Positions 48,301 to 55,380 of a stretch of 55,380 bases of DNA are shown here, piece by piece. The stretch is taken from the NCBI RefSeq assembly GCF_004010195.1, contig NC_057718.1, forward strand, positions 82,885,411 through 82,940,790, written 5' to 3'. Both the position numbers and the translations under genes were made by a program. Below the pieces are notes generated by a model, which saw only the letters and a list, made by a program, of their open reading frames with translations, made no database searches and was not told the origin of the DNA. The stretch is from Chiloscyllium plagiosum. Its lineage: Eukaryota. How positions within the stretch are numbered: the stretch's first letter is position 1; each line of letters starts with the position of its first letter.

Positions 48301-49502
48301 ACCTGCTGACGTTCCCCCTCACTCACCTACACTCTGGGTATCCTCCGTCATCACTGCTCTGGGACCCAGACACCTTAGCCTCCCGAATTGCCCACCTTCT
48401 CGACATCCACGAAGTTTAAGCTCAATATCCTGGAGGATTTCTGCCAGTGGGTGCTGTCATTTGCCAGTGTCACTGGGATTAGAACCACCTTGCATCATAA
48501 GGTCTCAAGGATGTCATGACATCATAGGCCGTGGAGTGTCATGGCAACCAGATATTTCGAACTCTGTGTGTGAGCCACCATTTTCCCAACCAATTTGGTT
48601 GGCAATGACAATTTATATTTACTGCTCTTTAGGACATTAAAATGTTCCAATGTGCTTCAGATTGATCAAACAAAATATGACACTGAACCCCAAGGAGAGA
48701 TCAGGCAAGATGTTCAAAATCCTCAACAAAGGCAAAGGTTTTGATGAACATTTTTAAAACCAAAACCAGCGTGTGTGGAAAGCTACAGAATTTCAGGGCG
48801 CAAGTTTCAGAGCTTAAGGCCTTGGCAGCTGGAGGCACAAAGGGAGCAGAGAATTAACATCAGGAATTCAGAAATAGCACAGATATCTTGGAGGATTATG
48901 GAGCTGTGGAGAGGATTGTGTAGAGATAAGGAGGGGCAAGGTATCGAAGGGATTTGAAAACAGAGATGGGGCCACATATGAAAGATGCAAAAGAAAGCAC
49001 TGCAAACATTTTGAATTCCTTAATTACAAGATTCTCTTTGCCCAACAGGAGCGCACCCAGGTTTTCTGAGACGGTGTAGTGGGGGAGGGGGAGCAAAATA
49101 AGGTTCATTTCCCACCTGCAGATGGGGTGAGAGCCACATGAACTTTGTAGACGTAATGGAGTCAAAGTGGTGTCTGTACGACCTTTTCCAGGACTGATAG
49201 AGTCAGAGGTATTACCTTCGTCATCTGCCCGGTCCCCATTGCAACCCAATTTCAGCTAACTGTTAAAGTATTCAGAATCCCTGTTTAATTACCTTCACTT
49301 GTGCTGACACCACCCGAGTGACTTTGAAGAGATGATCATCCGTCGAGAATCTGTTGAACGATTCCACGGCAAAATCTAAGGCGCTCTGGACATCCTTATT
49401 ATTCGGATTAATGGGTTCAGGTCCTAATTGCTCTTCCAAGGCAGAGACTAAAATGAGAAAAGTGTTGAAAAGGACCCAGTGACTCTGCCAGTCGAAACCC
49501 AT
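45251..49502 (-). CDS. Secreted type-2 cystatin-like protein, 138 aa (join complement 49293-49502, 46601-46717, 45251-45340)
   Basis: MGFDWQSHWVLFNTFLILVSALEEQLGPEPINPNNKDVQSALDFAVESFNRFSTDDHLFKVTRVVSAQVK|DIGGLLYFLEADLGRTQCKKGTNKALISCFVVNTPGNSE|HRFCHFKVLNTFWRNEKYLLKSNCNPVNR*. Signal-peptide-like N-terminus, ALDFAV helix, LGRT.C motif, four conserved Cys, and two phase-0 GT-AG introns at typical cystatin positions. Confidence 0.92.
46601..46717 (-). CDS. Cystatin-like exon 2 (39 codons)
   Basis: tttgctag|GAT...GAG|gtaaga; LGRTQC...C. Confidence 0.92.
47593..47893 (-). mobile_element. HE1-type V-SINE
   Basis: Reverse-complement head, V-domain and tail. Confidence 0.85.
49293..49502 (-). CDS. 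Cystatin-like exon 1 (70 codons)
   Basis: agcATGG start; ends AAG|gtaatt. Confidence 0.92.
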
Positions 49503-49519
49503 GCTTCATGCCACAAAAT

Positions 49520-49650
49520 GGAATGACTCAACAGAAAGCAGGAACAGCAATCTTTATTTGATTATTTGCTCATTGGGTGGAGTGCATCAGACTACTTTGC
49601 ATTAGATTATGCCACACATGTGGCTGCTTGTGTTTGGTTATTGATTGGCT
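49520..49650 (-). promoter_or_regulatory. Putative cystatin proximal promoter
   Basis: CCAAT boxes at 49572-49576 and 49644-49648, an AT-rich TATA-like AATAAA at ~49553-49558, and an AP-1 motif TGACTCA at 49524-49530. Motif matches only. Confidence 0.4.
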
Positions 49651-50065
49651 TATTCTATATGACAGCTTGTCGTGATGAATAGTTAAAGTGCAGGTGAGCC
49701 GGAACATTACAATGTTATCAGTTTCAGGAACCTGTTTAATATTTAGCAACTGAATTGTTTCCCAAATGGAACAGATGTTTCATTATTAGAGAAAAGGTTT
49801 AAGTAAGGAGATGATGAAAAGCACAGATGTGCGTTTCACCGCACCACAAAGGCACTTACAGGAGAGCTAGAGGTCTTGTAACCACAGCAGGCTAAGAAAA
49901 GCCTTTGGTTTGTTCGTTGGTTAGAGTCAAACTCTAAAGTTTGGTTGTTTCTTCATATGCTACTGTACAGAATCAAACTGCTTCAGTGACAATGTATATA
50001 TATATATATTTCTATGAAGGTGTTCTTTATCAATAAAGAATATTTTTGAAATTTTACAAATTTGG

Positions 50066-50349
50066 GACTGCTGCCTCACAGTACCAGGGTCCCAGGTTCG
50101 ATTCCAGCCTTGGACTGTCTGTGTGGAGTTTGCTCATTCTCCCCGTGTCTGCGTGGGTTTCCTCCGGGTGCTCCAGTTTCCTCCCACAGTCCAAAGATGT
50201 GCAGGTCAGGTGAATCGGCCATGCTAAATTGCCCATAGTGTTAGGTGAACTAGTCAGAGGGAAATGAGCCTGGGTGGGTTAATCTTCGGAGGGTCGGTGT
50301 GGACTAGTTGGGCCGAAGGGCCTGTTTCCACACTGTTGGAAATCTAATC
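50066..50349 (+). mobile_element. HE1-type V-SINE
   Basis: Near-consensus V-domain and tail. Confidence 0.9.
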
Positions 50350-50493
50350 CAAAAAAACTACAGCAAGCCAACCAGTACACTAAATACAATTGCATTTCTG
50401 CAAATAGAGACTCTCTAAGAATGACCATTTCTATAAAAAGGCTGTGATGTTACAAAATGATTGAATTGACAGAATATCTTTGGGAATGTTTTA

Positions 50494-50728
50494 TCATAGA
50501 ATCCCTACAGCATGGAAGAAGTCCACTCCAGCCCTCCGAAGACAATCCCGCACAGACCCATTCCCCTATCCTGTTACTTTACATTTCCCTTGACTAGTGC
50601 ACCTAATCTACACATCCCAGAACACTACAGGCAATTGAGCATGGCCAATTCACCTAACCTGCACATCTTTGGACTGTGGGAGGAAACCAGAGCACCCAGA
50701 CAAAACCTGCCCAGACACAGGGAGAATG
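50494..50728 (-). mobile_element. HE1-type V-SINE, 5'-truncated
   Basis: Reverse-complement tail and V-domain. Confidence 0.8.
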
Positions 50729-50899
50729 TGTGTGGGGAGATCCTGGGCTGAAGGCCTTATATAGAGAGGGGTGGCACCGAGCAACACAACTGGAGAGCAA
50801 CTTAGGCCCCAGCTTGTTAAGGCAGCCACATAGGTGCAGAGAGCAGGGCTCCAGGGACAGTGTTCAACTCTCCACACTCCTTTGTAAAACCAGCACTTC

Positions 50900-51500
50900 T
50901 ATTTTAATTTCAAAAATATACTTTATTCATAAAAAAACTCTTTGTATATATACATTGTCACAAATACAGTTTGGCTCTGTGCAGTATCACGTCATTTGAA
51001 TTTGACACTATCCCAACAAGCCAAAGGCATCTTTTACACATACACGATTATATTTGCACATATTGAGGCACAAGGAGGGTCCAATAATGAACAAATCCCC
51101 ATTGACCTTCTTCAGGAAGACCTCAGACCGTGGTCTTACCCCGCGTGTATTGTCTGCAGCTGCCCTAAGCTTTACTGCATTCCTCAGCACATAGTCGTGG
51201 ACCTTGGAATCTGCCAACATTCAGTCAAGGTCAACTCCATGCTGTAGGAGCCCAACACGTTTTGAAGAGAACAAAGAGCTTCTTCCACTGAATGGATGGT
51301 CCTCCAGGCACAGTCAATGTTTGCCTCAGGGTGTGTCCCAGAGCACAGAGTCCTGTATCACGGAGCTGCTTGGGGTGAACCTCAACAAACACCACTGCAG
51401 CTTTTTCCAGACTTCCTTTGCAAAGCCACATTCCTAATGCTGGGCTATGACAGCTATAGGCCATCCTGGAAATCCCATCATGCAATGCATGCAGGCCTGA
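50900..51500 (-). mobile_element. Tx1/L1-clade LINE 3' fragment (degenerate)
   Basis: LADSKVHDYVLRNAVKLRAAA; the terminus ttcaaaaatatactttattcataaaa is shared with 54769. Confidence 0.75.
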
Positions 51501-52340
51501 GGAACAAAGGTCATTTCTCCTACCTCGGACTTGGTAACTCCAAGAATAACAAAAAGGAAAAGGGAATTCATTCCTGACAGATTGCTAACAGGGGCAGAGT
51601 GCGTGACTTGAATCAAATATTGCTGTGTAACTTTATTGTGGTGCATTTATTCAAAACCCACACTGCACATCCTTGAACACCTGTGCCTAACAGGAAAAAA
51701 AACTCTGGGCTGAATTTTCCCAAAAAGTAACTGCATTCGTTTTGGGGATTTGCATGGGAGACTTTTTTCCCACACAAGTGTACGCTGTTCTCGTTAAGTG
51801 AGCACCACACCTCCATGGCACCACTCTCATGCCATCTTGGACTCAGCAGCGGTGAGATGTTCACGGGTGCTGGTACCTGCCCTGTATCCACACCATGAAT
51901 GGCACACTGAAATATCAAACTCTGCCAGCCTGGTCCGATGTAGTCACCCAGGGTCAGTGCCGTGTCACCAATGTGGTGGAATGCACATCAACGCTGCAAG
52001 AGGAGGATAATGATCTACACACTGCAAGGGTAGGCGCTGCATTGTGATACCACACACTCACTTGAACTCTGCCACTGCATCCACCCTACATCAAAGCTCA
52101 TGGTCCACCACTCTCAATATTATGTGGAGCATCTTGCAGCATGGGCGGCACAGTGGCTAGCAGTGCTACCTCACAGTGCCAGGAACCTGGGTTCAATTCC
52201 ACCCTTGGCATACGTGTGCAGTTTGAATGGTCTCCTTGTGTCTTTCTTCCTGGCGCTCTGCTTTCCTCCCACAGTCCAACAATATGCAGGTTAGGTGGAT
52301 TGGCCATGCTACATTGCCCATAATGTCCAGGCTTGGTCGG

Positions 52341-52922
52341 TGTTTTAAAAAATTCTCAAGGTCAGGTTCGTAGGAGAGTAGTCTGACACAGAACAAACGA
52401 CCAAGAGGCGAGTCTGCTAGAATATGCTTCAGCTTTTTATTCCCCGCAGCGTCGCCACAACCAGGTACAGCGGGTCTGGCTTATACTCACTCTACATGTT
52501 ACCGGAACTGGGAGCCGTCAGTTCTCATAGAGCGGTTGCCAACAACCCACGCTCGGCGGTTAAACATAACCCCGGAGCAGACTCCCGGGTCTGGCTTATA
52601 CTCACTCTACATGTTACCGGAACTGGGAGCCGTCAGTTCTCGTAGAGCGGTTGCCAACAACCCACGCTCGGCGGTTAAACATAACCCCGGAGCAGACTCA
52701 CCGAACTGGAGACTTTTCCAGCTGATATACTCTTTTCCAGATATAAACATTCATGTGAACAGCAGAGCAAGGCTAAAAAACACATTCCATTCTGGTTACA
52801 TACAGATAAGAAGATTCACACGGGACTAAACAACACCTCCATTCCGGTTAGATTCACACATGTATTGGGACATAATTTTTAACCGTTTCACCACATTCCA
52901 CTGCTTGGAATTTTACACCACA
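52341..52922 (-). mobile_element. Solo LTR (582 bp) with 5-bp TSD
   Basis: TGT...ACA termini; GTCGG at 52336-52340 and 52923-52927; minus-strand AATAAA at 52441-52436. Confidence 0.8.
52471..52699. repeat. 115-bp tandem duplication inside the solo LTR
   Basis: 52471-52585 vs 52586-52699; one internal substitution seen (ctcAtag/ctcGtag). Confidence 0.95.
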
Positions 52923-54761
52923 GTCGGTGAGCCATGGGAATGCAGGGTGATAGGGTAAGGGCATGGACCTGAGTGGAGTGCTTTTCGGATGCTCAGTGTG
53001 GACTCGATGGGCAAAATAACCTGCTTCCACACCATAGGGATTTGATGATGATGATGATCACTCATTGCCGGCCAACAAGGTAAGCTGCTTTGCTATCCGC
53101 CTATGCAGTAAAACAGGGCAAGGAGAGATACTGTGAACATTGAAGCAAGTGCAAAGTGAATGAGCTTTGAGGGACCAGGTTAAGAGTCCTGAGATGAGGT
53201 GGGCCAGGCAGCAGTATTACAATGAAAGGTGTCCGTGAGCTCCAGGATGCAGCATTGAAATGCCGTACTGTATTATAATGGAGTCCCAAATGTGCCATGA
53301 TGATATGGTGAGGCCGATATTTTGCCAATGCCAACCTCCATCAATAGGGGTGCTGTAGGTGGTCGCTGCCCATGGAGTATTCCCTGAGATGTTGAGGAAT
53401 GTTGACCAAGGCAGAGGCCCAGAGAAAACACCGGCCAGGCACCCACTCGGAATTTCAACTCAGGATTGGAGCCATCCAATTTCTCTCACCACCCGAGCAG
53501 ATAGCAAGCTGCAGATAAATGCGGCTCGATTCGGTATTATTGGGATGTTAATGCATGAAGATAAGCACACCCCACCTCTCACTAACAAGATCCCCACCTA
53601 ATCATAAAAACCTTGGCTAGAAAATCAGATATGGTTTTCCTCTATATAAAGATCCTGAGTTTTCTGATCGCACCGTAGCTTCCTGCCTAACTTGCCACTG
53701 CCTGGCCTCTGATCTTGCAGCACTTTTCCTAAGCTCATGCAGTTCAAAGCACTTTACTGCGAGTGTAGAGTGCCAGATGTCAGCTAAAATCTCAGTAGCC
53801 AGATCATCAAACAGTGACAAATTAAACAAGCAGTTAATTAGTTTTAGGTGTTGTTTAAGGTATAAGCATTTGCCAGGAGATTGAGGATATTTATCCTTGT
53901 CTAATGCCATGGGACCTTTTACATCTGCCTGAGAGAGAGGAGCAGCAAACATCTGGACTGAAGGAATAGGCTCCTCCAACAAAGCTACTCTCCCTCAGGT
54001 TTGCATGGAGTCTTGTTTCCTGGTCCCTGTTCCTCGTGTCAGGAATATTACGGATCGCACACCTGAAAGGATCATGGGTGAAGGATCAGACGGGTTGGGA
54101 TCAGATGTGAGAGAATCACGTGACAGAACCACAGGTCAGAGGATGAGAGATCGGAGCTGTGAAAAGATCAGAGATGAGCAGTTCACACGTGAGAGGGTCA
54201 GATGTGAAGATGAACATTTGTCCAATACAAAGGGACTGATTTTTCAAAGCTATCCAACCTGGGAGCAAGGACAGTTAAAAGTGTGTGAATCATTCATTTA
54301 TTGTTTGGCTCAGTTGTCTGGTTGGCAGAACTATGGTACAGAATGATGCCAAGTGGTGTGGGTGCTATCTCAGCACCAGATGTGGCAGCGCATGGAGACG
54401 TGCCCCTTCACCTTGTTCCATGCTTGCAGGGCACTGCCATGGATAAAACGGCCACTCCGCAATACAGAGAGATACCAATGGTCCTTGGTGGACAATGGTT
54501 AATTTCTTTCCCTGTCTTGCTGTCGGAGATAATCTGAAGGAGGACAAAGCACCAGTCGCACCGACAGCCGATGTGAGCCACAGTTAAACAACTCGGAGCC
54601 CACTTGGAACAGAAATGTGGGGAATAGTTCAACAAACCCTACCTTTAAGGCTGGCTAAATAGGATGGATGGAGAGGTCTGTCAAGAGAAGGGCAAAACCT
54701 TTCCTCACTGTCCAACCGAAGCAGGACTACTTCTTTTAGTCTCCTTCCCCCAGCTGCCTTG

Positions 54762-55380
54762 TTTTTATTTCAAAAATATACTTTATTCATAAAATATTTT
54801 GATGATCTGTACAATTGGTCATGTCATACATACGTAAACATTGCATTTCTTTGCATACAGAGATCGAGTAATCATTCATATATACAGGTCTGTACGTTTA
54901 CCAAATATCCATATATTTAGCTGAGGCGTCAGCAAAGCCCACTTACTGTGTGGGCCCCCTGTGCTTAGGCAGGCAGATGTTACACGGTGGTCTTTCCCCA
55001 CCGCGCCTTGGCGGCAGCTGCCCCAAGCTTCAGCGCGTCCCTCAACACGTAGTCCTGGACCATGGAATGTGCCAGTCTGCAACACTCAGTCGGGGTCAAC
55101 TCCTTCAGCTGAAAAATCAACAGGTTTCGGACCACTCAGAGAGCGTCCTTCACCGAGCTGATGATCCTCCAGACACAGTTGATGTTCGTCTTGGTGTGCG
55201 TCCCGGGGAACAGGCCGTAGAGCACGGAGTCCCGCGTCACAGCGCTGCTCGGGACGAACCTCGACAAACACCACTGCATTCCTCTCCAGACTTCTTCTGT
55301 GTAGGCACATTCCAGAAGGAGGTGTGTGACAGTCTCACCCCCCCCCCCCCCGCAGCCACTTCGAGGGCAGCGTGCGGTGC
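54762..55380 (-). mobile_element. Tx1/L1-clade LINE 3' end, continues beyond the window
   Basis: CPRSGC..ETVTHLLLEC zinc knuckle; RNLLIFQ..CCRLAHSMVQDYVLRDALKLGAAAAKARWGKTTV*; one in-frame TGA; A-rich tail. Confidence 0.82.

Larger units (their letters stand above)
52143..53058 (+). mobile_element. HE1-type V-SINE split by a solo LTR
   Basis: Head and V-domain at 52143-52340; the tail resumes at 52923-53058. Confidence 0.78.

Noticed and set aside
52471..52699. CRISPR-like or satellite array
   Set aside because: Only two directly adjacent units with no spacers, in a vertebrate LTR context.

Overview
Eukaryotic, repeat-rich vertebrate DNA. The HE1-type V-SINEs, HER1-type CR1 LINEs and Deu-domain SINEs point to a shark or other elasmobranch. 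The window opens with a degenerate (CCCTAA)n telomere-type array (1-234). Two spliced genes lie on the minus strand. (1) An SLC22A1/2/3-type organic cation transporter: exons 2-11 assemble into an open 422-aa frame (20604->1619) with GT-AG junctions, but exon 1 is not visible and may lie in the N-gap at 26469-26968. (2) A complete three-exon, 138-aa secreted type-2 cystatin (49502->45251) that has lost the QxVxG and PW inhibitory motifs. The rest is layered mobile DNA: CR1 and L2-like LINEs, HE1 and Deu SINEs, and a Gmr1-type (integrase-before-RT) gypsy LTR element carrying two nested CR1s, a SINE and a MITE. There is also a second degenerate Gmr1-like element, solo LTRs, Harbinger Myb fossils, Tx1/L1 3' ends, and many short Penelope-like fold-back inserts containing minimal hammerhead ribozyme cores, one intact at 14687-14715. 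All calls were made by eye without database searches. Repeat boundaries are approximate unless a TSD or terminus is quoted.
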